The notes below the pieces were generated by a model. That model was not told the DNA's origin, ran no database searches, and worked only from the letters and a program-made list of their open reading frames with translations. Source: Eledone cirrhosa (lineage: Eukaryota). Taken from it: 64,000 nt of DNA. The stretch spans positions 131,502,001 through 131,566,000 of the forward strand of contig OZ024740.1 of assembly GCA_964016885.1 (NCBI GenBank), read 5' to 3'. The position numbers and the translations under genes were made by a program. The first letter of the stretch is position 1; every line of letters begins with the position of its first letter. Below, piece after piece: positions 1-13,679 of the stretch.

Positions 1-2089
1 AAATAAGCAATACAATGAAACCATTTCCCTCGAACAAAAGTGAAGAAATTTCCCTGAAGTAAATTGGCGGCAGTTTGAGAACTTTCTTTTCACAAGCAAC
101 AAACCATCGGAAACTATTCCAAACAAAACACTTCCAAGAAACTACAATCAGCGTAATACTAGATAGGAAAACCGAACAAAACATTTTATAAGCCAGTAAA
201 ATGTACTCCTAAGATGAAGAATTTTTTTTTCATTATTTAAAACCTGTTTAGCGACCACTTGAAACAGTGGAATAGTACCTATTAAATCGGTTCAGTACTT
301 GAAATAGTGTCATTTAAAGTAATGTCTGATGATGTACCTCCTATCCCAATAACATCACACATTACTTCATCACCCTACGTGTTGCTCTTTTCATTTATTA
401 TGAATTAAATCAACTCATTAACATACTCTAGTCTACATTTGCGGATTTATAGCATTACGTGATCAACATTCATATTTACACGGTGATCCACAATCATATG
501 TACACGGTTATCCACAATCATATTTGCATATCATCTCTACGTTGTAAATATAATATCTAATAGACAATCAATCAATTATGCAAGCTATTAGATATTTGAA
601 AAGGGAGTAAGTTTCTATACGAAACAGAGCTTACAGAGAAAAAGTGGAATGGAAACAGCACGAAAATATATTTAAATTATCTGTTTTTTTTCTTTTTTTG
701 TTTCTTTGATCCGTCGAAGTGACATTATTGAACAAAATGAGAGGAACAATTTGTTTTAAAAAAAAGAGTTTTATAATATGTAAAATATATATATAATATA
801 ACCTGTTTCAATGTATCGGTGTAATCCATCTTATCAAATGTTTAATATTACACTTTAAAAGAATTAAAAGGAATTTAAAAATTCATCTTCCTTTTTGAGA
901 AGAAGACCTATTATATATATATATATATACTTCTATATTTACATACATAGATTCTACTAAATGTAGATTTTGTAGAACATATGCATATCAATATAATGTG
1001 ACTTCAATAATATTCATTATACACAGATACAGATAATTTTCAATACAATTGTATAAATGCGGCATTATTGCATTCCTTGTGTATCACACCAATCTTGAAT
1101 CCCACTTCAATTTTATTAGGTACAAAAATTAAAAAAAGGTTATGTAAAAGTCGAGTAACTATTAATATTGTTTCCAATGGTAATCTTACAAGTTCTTTCA
1201 TTGTTATACTATATAATGTGTAGAGCATTGGTAATTGATGAATTTAATTGGAACACAGAAATATAAGGGAATATAACTAAATTCTGAAATGCATTAGTTC
1301 AGCAGGAAACATGATAATTTGTAATATAGGTTAAAACAACTCATTTGAGGGAAGAAAAGGTATAGAAACTTAGTACGTGAAAATGCTGATCATGTCCCTA
1401 AGCGTAAAGAAATTTATCATCTAAAAATATCATCTAAATATATCATCATAAGTGTCAAGATCACAAAGATAATCACATGACTGCCAGTCATGTCAAATTC
1501 ATCGGCATTGATGTCATATATGTTGCATGAAATTTGGTAGGACTTTTGCAAATCAGAATGTAGCAGAGAATAACATAATATCTCTTCCATACAGGCATAA
1601 TTTCCATCATAGTTTCCCTTCAGAATAACTTTCACCCAAATATAAGAAGAATATGTAAAAGGTGTGTTTATGAATTGTGTGGAAGGATGTCATGCGGATT
1701 ATTTTGATAATTTTTGTTAAATTTGTTTCAATCCTCGTTTTATTTTTACTTTCATTTTTCGATTTTATTTCTAAAGTTATATTTTCCTTAATTCTAAATT
1801 GGCTTCAATCGATAAACAGAAATTCTTTGAACGCAAATATCGATTTTGGATCTGTTATTAAGTCAATTCTGTTTGACGTTATGACCGAAACAAACCTCGT
1901 AACAAACCTAAATTTAAAGAAAAGAATACGGTGTTGGGCTGGAAAACTTGTGTAACTTTGAATTTAAAATAAAACTTGAATAACTAATGGAGAATTAAAT
2001 AAAACAAACCTAAAGTAATACTGAATTGTATACACACATACACACACACTCACACACACGCGCACACACATGTATATACATACACACTC

Positions 2090-2152
<63 letters not shown>

Positions 2153-2153
2153 C

Positions 2154-2184
<31 letters not shown>

Positions 2185-2253
2185 GAAGAGGGAGCGAACC
2201 AGATAAGCCGGTAAATATTTTCAGTATAGAGAGGAAGGTACACTAGCAAAAAC

Positions 2254-2292
<39 letters not shown>

Positions 2293-2934
2293 ATGTGTGT
2301 ATAAATATATATATACATATATACACACATACATTTACCCACACGCACATACACTCATGTATATGTGTGTGTGTGCGTTCATGCAAGTTTTTGTGTACTG
2401 ATGGAAATATATCAGTAAGAATAATACTGAAGAAAAAGTAAACCAAGATACGGGCTGGAGAGAAATACAAAAATAGGGAAGACATCAGAGGAAAATAAAG
2501 ATAGTTATAAAAAATTATAAGAAGGAATTTCATAAAAAAAAGAATTTGATTGTGGAAAAAAAATAATCGGGCAAGAAGTATGAAGTAAATGAAAACAGGA
2601 AGACGAATATAATACACGTATTGTTTAAGGGAATGAATTAAAACTGACAGGAAGGAAAATAAAAATAAAAACGAATATGAACCTGATGCAACAATATTAA
2701 ATTCAGGAGAAGGCATGTATGCTTAATAAAGCTACCAATCAAATATAGCATAATGCAAAAAGAATAATTATAAGTTGGCAGTACATCGTCATACACATGC
2801 ATATCCGCAGTGAAGTATATAGGTCCATATGCATATATATATAAATATATATAAATATATATATAAATATATATAAATATATATATATATATATATGCAT
2901 ATATATATAAATATATATATAAATATATATAAAT

Positions 2935-3003
<69 letters not shown>

Positions 3004-3008
3004 TATAA

Positions 3009-3094
<86 letters not shown>

Positions 3095-3222
3095 ATATAT
3101 ATATATATATATTCAAACACATATGTGTGTGCATGGGTATGTTTACGTATATATTTACGTATATGTATATATATAAATAAATATAATATATAAGATCAAA
3201 AGATGGTTAAAAGAGTTCCATG

Positions 3223-3293
3223 TATTTTATTATGCGCATTTCAAAAACAAATATCATCATGCAATAATATTTGTGTTTTCATCAGATAAAATA
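3223..3293 (-). ncRNA. Minimal type I hammerhead ribozyme
   Basis: Minus strand reads TATTTTAT-CTGATGA-aaacacaaatatt...atatttgttttt-GAAA-TGCGCA-TA/ATAAAATA: 8-bp stem I, paired stem II, palindromic stem III, AUA cleavage triplet. Confidence 0.88.
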
Positions 3294-3356
3294 GGAAGAC
3301 ATGATATGAAGGTTAAAAACACTTGTGAATAGTGCAGTTTTAAATCAACATCTTCC

Positions 3357-3427
3357 TATTTTATCTGAGGAAAACACAAATATTATTGCATGATGATATT
3401 TGTTTTGGAAATGCGCATAATAAAATA
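3357..3427 (+). ncRNA. Minimal type I hammerhead ribozyme (inverted copy)
   Basis: TATTTTAT-CTGAGGA(3365-3371)-stem II-GAAA(3408-3411)-TGCGCA-TA/ATAAAATA; fits CUGANGA...GAAA...NUH. Confidence 0.85.
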
Positions 3428-3652
3428 CATGGAACTCTTTTAACCATCTTTTGATCTTATATATTATGTATACTCCAGTCCTACAAACTGTAGAGTGCTT
3501 CTTATCCGATACTTGCATTGCTTTATTGTACTACAATAAAACTCACCTCCTACATATAAATAAATATATATATATATATATATACATAAATATAATAAAC
3601 TGGTGCGTGTGTTTCTTATTGGCAACATAACCCTCCTAAAGTATAACAATAA

Positions 3653-3778
<126 letters not shown>

Positions 3779-3779
3779 G

Positions 3780-5060
3780 ATTCCCATCAGATTCACAGCG
3801 CCATTTATATTAGACGCAGTTAAACTTATTCTGTAAAACAACACTTTCTTCTTCAATGGAAAGAATTACATCCAAATTAGAAGCACAGCGATGGGAACGA
3901 AGTTTGCTCCCGTTTACGCGAACTCTGTAATGGGATACTTAGAACAACAACTCTACCCAGAAATAGAGAAAAAATATAGTACTGACTTTAGAAAGTACAT
4001 TGAAAAATCTTTGAAGAGATACCTTGACGACTGTTTCATCATCTGGACAGAATCTCTAGATACACTGGATGAGTTCAATATCCTCCTGAATAACCTACAT
4101 CCATCTCTCCAATTCACAAAAAGGATGAGTAGGACCAAATTACCATTCCTAGATATAATGATAATCAAAAACGACACCACCATTACCACGGATATATATT
4201 ATAAACACACAGACACCCATCAATATCTGAATTTTAAGTCGTGCCATCCAGCTCATACAAAACGCAACATCCCATACTGCCTAGCCAGAATAATTTGAAC
4301 CATTGTAGAAGATACGAATACCAGGTACAAACGCCTAACAGAATTAAGAGAATTTTTGCTCAAACAAAAATACCCATCTCTACTTATAGAAAATGGCATA
4401 CAGCGGGCTATAAAAATACCTATACAACAACTTAGGATAACCCAAGGAAGAAGAAACCAAGAACTGGTCATACCATTTATAATGACATACAACCCATGTC
4501 ACCAGAACATCTTCAACACTGCCAAAGCAAACCTACCGATCATTGCTCAAAGTAATGAATTAAAAGGCTAAATCACAGATCGATCTTTGACTCTTAGTAA
4601 AAGACAGCCGAAAAATGTGAAGCAATTACTAACAAAAGCAAAGTTTTACCTTAACAACAAAGACCAATCATTCACAGTATCTAAATGCAATGATAGTCGA
4701 TGAAGCACATGTCAATCCATACACGCCGGTCAATATATGAAAACAAAACCTGGAAAAATATTCCCAAATGCAAATATGAACTGCAAAAGCAGAACTCTAA
4801 TTTACTGCATTAAATGCCGGAATTGTGAAGAACTATATGTCGGTCAAACTGGAAATGCACTATCGGAACGTGCACGGGTACACCGACAGCGAATCAGAGA
4901 ACAAATGTCCGTCAGATACCTCTAAGTAACCAACTAGCAACATGTGGTCAGGGAATATTTATAATATTCCCATTATACAAATTACACAGCCCAAGTGAAA
5001 TCAAGTGAAAAATCAGAGAAAATAATTGTATTGATAAATTCAAACCCAAGCTAATTGAAC
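3780..5060 (+). pseudogene. 5'-truncated Penelope-like element (Neptune-like), RT C-half + GIY-YIG endonuclease, with stops and a frameshift
   Basis: One frame gives TAMGTKFAPVYAN, RYLDDCFIIW, LPFLDIMI, TDIYYKHTDTHQYL, SCHPAHTKRNIPY, then NMNCKSRTLIYCIKCRNCEELYVGQTG (GIY-YIG); ends ..FKPKL. In-frame stops at ~3834, 4296, 4569, 4701. Confidence 0.92.
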
Positions 5061-5062
5061 AA

Positions 5063-5250
5063 TAATAATTGTTTCTACTTTTGGCACAAGGCCAGCAATT
5101 ACCCAGTACATTACTGGTACTTTATCGACTCCGTAAGGATGAAAGGCAAACTTAACCTCGGCGGGATTTGAATTCAGAATGGCAAGGGCCGAAACTCTAT
5201 GCGTCAAAGCATGGCGTCCGACTCTCTACCGACGCTGCCAATTCACCGCC
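5063..5250 (-). mobile_element. tRNA-derived SINE
   Basis: Minus strand starts GGCGGTGAATTGGCAGCGTCGG (A-box-like) with a B-box-like ATTCAAATCCC; homologous to 21697-21885 and 55560-55740; flanking direct repeat TGAACAATAATAAT (5056-5069 / 5258-5271). Confidence 0.85.
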
Positions 5251-5826
5251 CTATAAATGAACAATAATAATGCTTAGGGGTATTACTTCTACTATGACTA
5301 TGACTACGACCATTAACAACAACAACAACAACAATAATAATAATAATAAAAGTGATGTTGATGGTGATGATTATTAGAAAATGCTATTTTCATCATTTCT
5401 AAAAAGAGCAAAACAATTGATGCTTTGGATAGGATGATTAAGTGGTCGTTAGACATGCTCAACCAACGGTGACGCCTAAACCAATCAGCTTTAGTAATTC
5501 AGTGAAACTACACACCGCTTGGTCGAAATACAGTTTGCAAGATTTAGCATTCTGGAGCCAATATTCACTGTATATAAGATACAAAATTTACCCATCTCAT
5601 TACAGTTGAATATTGCAAACTTGACTATCACCACACATTATGAACCTGAAGATTGCAAAAGCATGAAAGTACTTGTTCAATTAACACTTAACATTTAATA
5701 TTCTATCATACTATTTCATTATAATACCATTATACATTTTAAAGGATTGTAAATAAAACGAGTAAATCAGACAAAGTTGGAATTCCTCTTATTAATATAA
5801 TCTTCTATACACAATCATACACACCC

Positions 5827-5882
<56 letters not shown>

Positions 5883-6072
5883 GTAGATAAATCTACCAAA
5901 TGTTTACGGTAGTGTCCAATCCGTATGAAGAACTCAATGTAATCCGGATATCATGAAAAGAGAAGATGCATTCAAAAATTACTTTCGGTGAAAAATAAAC
6001 GGAAAACAAAGTCAAGATAAATTAATAAAATAATGAATAAACAAAGAAACAATTCCTTATATTAAAAAAATT

Positions 6073-6214
6073 TCATCATTTTACGATCGTTTCTAGGATA
6101 TATATGTGTTAGAGTTGGTATGCATATTCTATAGATCTGTGTACAATATTTATACAAACTATCAGAGGGAATATACATACCTACACATATATATGCTGCC
6201 TTCAGAAATAATGA
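6073..6214 (-). ncRNA. Hammerhead motif in inverted PLE copy, core mutated (CUGAAGG)
   Basis: Reverse complement of 9448-9589 with A9->G. Confidence 0.65.
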
Positions 6215-9200
6215 TATTTGTTTATTGAAAAAAAACAAAGGTTCAATACAATAGGTCTGTTTGGGAACAGGTTTTGAATTGACCAATAGAGAGATAGTGA
6301 GGGTCAAGATAGTAATATAGTAGTAGAAGAACCTTAAATTATGTGTAGAGGAAGGTAGATATCAGTTTTGGATGGAAAAGAATATTATGAATGAAGGATT
6401 ATTTAAAGGGAAGAAAATAGGTCGTATGCTGACATCAGAAATAATTTTATTAGTTCATTGAATAAAACCAACAAAGATCTAATATATTCTGTCTGTTTGG
6501 TAAGAGGTTTAGAATTAACCAATAGAAAGTTAATAATTGGCCAAATGATAAAATAGTAGTAATTGAAGCTTATTTTAGGGGTGAAAATAGGTCAGGTCAT
6601 TAAAAGGTATACAAACAGGTGCTGTTATAAAAAAGTAATGCCAATGCAAATATCTAAGGAGACTAAAGTTTTACGATAAGAGTGTTAGTGAAAAAAATAC
6701 ATCTATGAAAAGAATATAAATTAATTTAATTGATGGGTATATTTATATTGATAAAATTATACTAATACATATAGATATGATAAATAAGAGTTAGATGCAG
6801 TTGAAAAGTGCTGTTAAAGATGAGAGGAAATTAAAGAATATAAAAATAATATATATATATACATATAAATATATATATACATATATACACACATACACAC
6901 ACACACATATACACACATATATATATATACATACTCATATATATATATATATATACACGCATATATACATACATATATATATACACACACATACACACTT
7001 ACATATACATATAATTATTGGGGGCGGGGAATTAAATTTATTAGTGAGAAATAATAAATATATATAGATTTCAAGGAACATAGAGTCATAACCTGAAGTT
7101 AAATCATTATATATGTTTACTTAATGGTATCAGTTTTAGGAAATGATAGTTGTAAGAAGGAAAGTAAAATTAGGTAGTTCATCAGTAGTAGAATATTAAT
7201 TATAGGTTAACTAAATTAAAAACAGTTTATATATTAATTTCTAAAGTGTATATTAATTAGGTTTATAATATTTAAAGGTTTTTCTCAGTTTATGATTACA
7301 CGATATTATTAATTCCTGTCGCTTATTTAATAGGATATACTTAGATTTCATTATTTCAAAACGTTCTTGGGAACATAATCTACATTCATATCTACTATTT
7401 TGATAAGGGGTGGCCCTTTTGAGCACACTCTGGGTCAGGTCATAATCTATATTCCTCTTTCTATAACTATTAATTATTTCAGCTAGAGATGTTGTATTAG
7501 CTAGTGCGGCATTTTTAAAACTATGTTTGTGGGTATTAAATGTTACCTTAAATTTGTTAGAGGTAGCTCCTATATATGAATAAATTGAGTCCTTAGTGTT
7601 AACTTTACATTTATATACTATGTTATTAACAAGGCAATTTCCTTTTAATGGACAGTTTGCCTTGTTTCTACAGTTACAACTTATCGTGAATCCTGTATCT
7701 GATGAGATATTATTAGAAACCGTAATAGACGAGTTACTTGGTATAATGCTCCATTTAATTTACAAATTAAGGATAATATACCTAAAAAAAATGTTAATAT
7801 CCTAGAGAAAAACTTCCCGCCAAACCACAAATACCATCAAATTTTAAATAGATCAACGGTTAAATTCTCCTACTTAACAACCAAAAACAATAACAAAATA
7901 TAAGTGCCTATAATGCATATAAATGTAAAAAACCCATGAGTATACCACCAGTACATTAAACTAACCATGATATCTCCTCAGATACAGGATTCACGAAAAG
8001 TTGTAACTGTAGAAACAAGGCAAACTGTCCATTAAAAGGAAATTGCCTTGTTAATAACATAGTATATAAATGTAAAGTTAACACAAAGGACTCAATTTAT
8101 TCATATATAGGAGCTACCTCTAACAAATTTAAGGTAAGATTTAATACCCACAAACATAGTTTTAAAAATGGCGCACTAGCTAATACAACATCTCTAGCTG
8201 AAATAATTAATAGTTATAGAAAGAGGAATATAGATTATGACCTGACCTGGAGTGTGCTCAAAAGGGCCACCCCTTATCAAAATAGTAGATATGAATGTAG
8301 ATTATGTTACCAAGAATGTTTTGAAATAATGAAATCAAAGGATATCCTATTAAATAAGCGACAGTAATATTGTGTAATCTTAAACTGAGAAAAACCTTTA
8401 AATATTATAGACCTAATTAATATACACTTTAGAAATTAATATATAAACTCTTTTTAATTTAGTTAACCTATAATTAATATTCTACTACTGATGAACTACC
8501 TAATTTTACTTTCCTTTTACAACTATCATTTCCTAAACCTGATACCGTTAAGTAAACATATAATGCTTTAACTTCAGATTATGACTCTATGTTCCTTGAA
8601 ATCTATATATATTTATTATTTCTCACTCATAAATTTAATTCCACCCCCCCCCCAATAATTATATGTATATGTAAGTGTGTATGTCTGTAAATATGTATAT
8701 ATGTATGTATGTATATATGAGTGTATATATATATATATATATATATGAGTATGTATCTATATATATGTGTGTATATGTGTGTGTTTAAGTGTGTATATAT
8801 ATATATATATATATTATTTTTATATTCTTTTAATTTCCCCTCATCTTTAACAGCACTTTTCAACTGCATCTAACTCTTCTTTATCATATCTATATGTATT
8901 AGTATAATTTTATCAATATAAATATACCCATCAATTTAATTAATTTATATTCTTTTCATAGATGTATTTTTTTCACTAACACTCTTATCGTAAAACTTTA
9001 GTCTCTTTAGATATTTGCATTGGCATTACTATTTTATAACAGCAACTGTTTGTATACCTTTTACTGACCTGACCTATTTTCACCCCTAAAATAAGCTTCA
9101 ATTACTACTATTTTACCATTTGGCCAATTATTAACTTTCTATTGGTTAATTCTAAACCACTTACCAAACAGACAGAATATATTAGATCTTTGTTGGTTTT

Positions 9201-9447
9201 ATTCAATGAACAAATATAATTATTTCTGAGGTCAGCATACGACCTAATTTCATCCCTAAAATAATCTGTCATTCATAATATTTTTTTCCATCCAAAACTG
9301 AAATCTACCTTCCTCTACCCATAATTTAAGGTTCTTCTACTACTATATTACTATCTTGACCCTCACTATCTCTCTATTGGTCAATTCAAAACATGTTCCC
9401 AAACAGACCTATTGTATTTAATCTTTGTTTTTTTCAATAAACAAATA

Positions 9448-9589
9448 TCATTATTTCTGAAGACAGCATATATATGTGTAGGTATGTATATTCCATCTGA
9501 TAGTTTGTATAAATATTGTACATAGATCTATAGAATATGCATACCAACTCTAACACATATATATCCTAGAAACGATCGTAAAATGATGA
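9448..9589 (+). ncRNA. Type I hammerhead ribozyme with long stem II in PLE pseudo-LTR
   Basis: TCATTATTT-CTGAAGA(9457-9463)-cagcatatatatgtgt...acacatatatatccta-GAAA(9569-9572)-CGATCG-TA/AAATGATGA: 9-bp stem I, palindromic stem III, GUA triplet. Confidence 0.8.
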
Positions 9590-9939
9590 ATTTTTTTTAA
9601 TCTAAGGAACTGTTTCTTTGTTTATTCATTATTTTATTAATTTATCTTGACTCTGAGTACCGTTTATTTTTCACCGAAAGTAGTTTTTGAATGCATCTTC
9701 TCTTTTCATGATATCCGGATTACATTGAGTTCTTCATACGGATTGGACACTACCGTAAACTTTTGGTAGATTTATCTACATACTTTGCTACTATTTTTAT
9801 GGGGATATTCTTATTTTTTGTGAATGTATATATATTGTATGTGTATATATATTTATATATATATACATATATGTGTATAACTTTATAACTCCATATATAA
9901 ATAGTTGAGCTCTTTTTCTTGTCCATTATCCATATCGCA

Positions 9940-12388
9940 ATGGAAAAATGATACTTGGGAACTTCTTTAAAGAATATACCATTACCTTCTAAGGATGATT
10001 TCTTACTTCTTATGATACAAAAACCCAACCAATTTATCAGAAGAGTCAGATGGAGGGCCTACCACTTCGATAAAAAAACAAAATGTACTGATAGGAAATA
10101 TTTGTATGATTTCACTACATATAAAAATCCACCACACAACTCCTTACTTGAAAACTTTGAGAAAGACCTTTTTAATTTAATCAAACACCTCAAATTTAAG
10201 AGGTATAAATCTAATTTTCAAAAGGACCTTGATTCTACCCTATTGGATCTAAAAAATCTAAAAAAATCCATGTCCACTCGGACAAAACTGGAAATCTATA
10301 TCACATGGATATTGAAAATTACAATGAGTTCATATATAAAGAACTCAGGAAAAATTATAGAAAAACAAACAATGCGTCACTTATTAACATCAACAACAAA
10401 ACACACAGCATAGTGAATAGACTTAATATTGAAGATAGAACTGAACCGTCGGCATTGAAAAGACCACACTTCAACCTGAAAGATCATAAATCTAACTTTA
10501 ACTCTAATCCTTCTATAAGGCATATATGCCCTTCCAAATCTGATATTGGAATAATTAGTAAAAAGATTTTAGATAGAGTCATCCCACAACTAAGAAAACA
10601 TGTTAATTTACCACTCTGGGAAAACACATCCCAGGTAATTAACTGGTTTAATAATATTAGAAATAAATCCTCTGCTTCATTTCTACAATTTGATATAGAT
10701 AATTATTATTCTTCTATATCACCTATACTCCTGAACAAAGCCTTGATATTTGCTAAAAATAGATCTAACTTAACTTTGGATGACATTAATATTATTACAC
10801 ATGCTAGACTAACACTATTGGAATTTCAGAATGAATACTGGACCAGAAACACATATAGTAATATATTCGATATTACTATGGGCTCAAGCGATTCTGCCCA
10901 AATTCTTGTGGGCCTCTTTCTTCTTTTTAAAATAAATGATTCCTTTCCCCACCTTAAAGGTGGTTTATATCGTCACGACTGGCTTCTTCTTTCCAATAAC
11001 CTTAGCCTCTCAGAGATAGAAAAAATTAAAAAGCTTATTAGAACTCTCCTTAAAGACTATTATAGTCTAGATATTACATTTGAAAACACAAGTAAAGTAG
11101 TTAATTTCCTAGATATAACATTAGATTTATCTACGGATATCTACCAACCTGACCATAAACCCAACCAAAATTTACACTACATACACTCACAATCTAATCC
11201 CCCTAAATCTATCCTTAAAAACCTTGCATATAATATATCACTTAGAATTTCTAACCTTTCGTCTAACCAAGATGTATTTGATAAAAATGCGACCTTTTAT
11301 AACGAAGCTCTAGCTAGAAGTGGCCACAAAAATAAATTAGTATATACACCTTCTACCAATAACACTACAAACATACAACCTAATATTACCAACAAGCACC
11401 AAATGAAACATACACACCTAAATGCCACTCACACTATACCCCAAAACACCAACATAAAACCAAATTTCTCTAACTCTTCTAATATACAGTATAGTAACTC
11501 TCAAAAAACTACTCATCCTACAACTCTAATAAATGTTAATAATAAAACTCCTAATAAACAAGCTAAAACACCTAAATCAATAAATCTAACTAAAAATGTG
11601 TGTGGTGAAGTCATTAACAATAATTCTCTTAATAAACATCAGGATGCATCCTATAAAAACAATAAACAACACCGAAACCGTAATAGACGAGTTACTTGAT
11701 ATAATGCTCCATTTAATTTAAAAGTTAAGGATAATATACCTAAAAAATTCTTTAATATCCTAGAGAAAAACTTCCCGCCAAACCACAAATACCATCACAT
11801 TTTAAATAGATCAACGGTTAAATTCTCCTACTCAACAACCAAAAACATAAAACAAAATATAAGTGCCTATAATGCATATAAAAGTAAAAAAAACCCATGA
11901 GTATACCACCAGTACATCAAACTAACCATAATATCTCCTCAGATACAGGATTCACGAAAAGTTGTAACTGTAGAAACAAGGCAAACTGTCCATTAAAAGG
12001 AAATTGCCTTGTTAATAACATAGTATATAAATGTAAAGTTAACACTAAGGTCTCAATTTATTCATATATAGGAGCTACCTCTAACAAATTTAAGGTAAGA
12101 TTTAATACCCACAAACATAGTTTTAAAAATGCCGTACTAGCTAATACAACATCTCTAGCTGAAATAATTAATAGTTATAGAAAGAGGAATATAGATTATG
12201 ACCTGACCTGGAGTGTGCTGAAAAGAGCCACCCCTTATCAAATTAGTAGATATGAATGTAGATTATGTTCCCAAGAATGTTTTGAAATAATGAAATCTAA
12301 GGATATCCTATTAAATAAGCGACAGGAATTAATAATATCGTGTAATCTTAAACTGAGAAAAACCGTTAAATATTATAAACCTAATTAA
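9940..12388 (+). pseudogene. PLE ORF (RT + GIY-YIG, Nematis-like by motif style), disrupted
   Basis: SLKNIPLPS..FIRRVRWRAYHF; FLQFDIDNYYSSI; FDITMGSSDSAQ; GGLYRHDW (YRDD mutated); VNFLDITLDL; CNCRNKANCPLKGNCL..VYKC..YIGAT..FKVRFNTHK..CRLC..LNKRQE. TGA at 9949 and 11697; frameshifts near 10260 and 11890. Confidence 0.93.
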
Positions 12389-12754
12389 TATACACTTTAG
12401 AAATTAATATATGAACTGTTTTTAATTTAGTTAACCTATAATTAATATTCTACTACTGAAGAACTACCTAATTTTACTTTCCTTCTTACAATAATCATTT
12501 CCTAAACCTGATACCGTTAAGTAAACATATATAATGCTTTAACTTCAGGTTATGACTCTATGTTCCTTGAAATCTATATATATTTATTATTTCTCACTAA
12601 TAAATTTAATCCCCCCCCCCAATGATTATATGTATATGTAAGTGTGTATGTGTGTGTATATATATATATATATGTATGTATGTATATATGCGTGTATATA
12701 TATATATATATATAAGTATGTATATATATATGTGTGTGTATATCTGTGTGTGTA

Positions 12755-12805
<51 letters not shown>

Positions 12806-13441
12806 ATATATATATATTATTTTCATATTCTTTTAATTTCCCCTCATCTTTAATAGCACTTTTCAACTGCATCTAACTCTTCTTTATCATATCTATATGT
12901 ATTATTATAATTTTATCAATATAAATATACCCATCAACTAAATTAATTTATATTCTTTTCATAGATGTATTTTTTCACTAACACTCTTATCGTAAAACTT
13001 TAGTCTCCTTAGATATTTGCATTGGCATTACTATTTTATAACAGCAACTGCTTGTATACCTTTTACTGACCTGACCTATTTTCACCCCTAAAATAAGCTT
13101 CAATTACTACTATTTTACCATTTGGCCAATTATTAACTTTCTATTGGTTAATTCTTAACCTCTTACCAAACAGACAGGATATATTAGATCTTTGTTGGTT
13201 TTATTCAATGAACAAATATAATTATTTCTGAGGTCAGCATACGACCTAATTTCATCCCTAAAATAATCTGTCATTCATAATATTTTTTTCCATCCAAAAC
13301 TGAAATCTACCTTCCTCTACCCATAATTTAAGGTTCTTCTACTACTATATTACTATCTTGACCCTCACTATCTCTCTATTGGTCAATTCAAAACCTGTTC
13401 CCAAACAGTATTGAATCTTTGTTTTTTTCAATAAACAAATA

Positions 13442-13583
13442 TCATTATTTCTGAAGACAGCATATATATGTGTAGGTATGTATATTCCATCTGATAGTTT
13501 GTATAAATATTGTACATAGATCTATAGAATATGCATACCAACTCTAACGCATATATATCCTAGAAACGATCGTAAAATGATGA
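13442..13583 (+). ncRNA. Type I hammerhead ribozyme with long stem II, 3' pseudo-LTR copy
   Basis: TCATTATTT-CTGAAGA(13451-13457)...GAAA(13563-13566)-CGATCG-TA/AAATGATGA; element ends ~65 nt after the predicted cut. Confidence 0.8.
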
Positions 13584-13679
13584 CATTCTTTTTAATTTAA
13601 GGAACTGTTTCTTTGTTTATTCATTATTTTATTAATTTATATATACATATATATATATATATATATACAATATATTTAG

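Larger units (their letters stand above)
3186..3464. repeat. ~280-bp non-coding fold-back (inverted repeat) element with a hammerhead motif in each arm
   Basis: 3186-3300 is the near-perfect reverse complement of 3351-3464, with a ~50-nt spacer; AT-rich/(TA)n flanks. Confidence 0.93.
5881..13640 (+). mobile_element. Penelope-like element insertion: inverted partial copy (5881-~7712) + partial direct copy/pseudo-LTR (~7714-9780) + full unit (9781-13640)
   Basis: 5882-7710 is the reverse complement of ~7975-9780; 7714-9640 repeats 11673-13640; flanked by (TA)n on both sides. Confidence 0.93.

Noticed and set aside
930-2020. Short ORFs including IYLDDIF (1417-1635, minus) suggesting an RT remnant
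   Set aside because: No neighbouring RT motifs found in any frame; cannot be supported by eye.
7695-7730. CTGATGA..GAAACCGTA at the PLE inversion junction
   Set aside because: Chance juxtaposition at the junction; stem II does not pair and stem I is only 3 bp.
11697-11699. TGA read-through or selenocysteine in the PLE1 ORF
   Set aside because: The duplicate copy has TGG (Trp) here; simple nonsense mutation.
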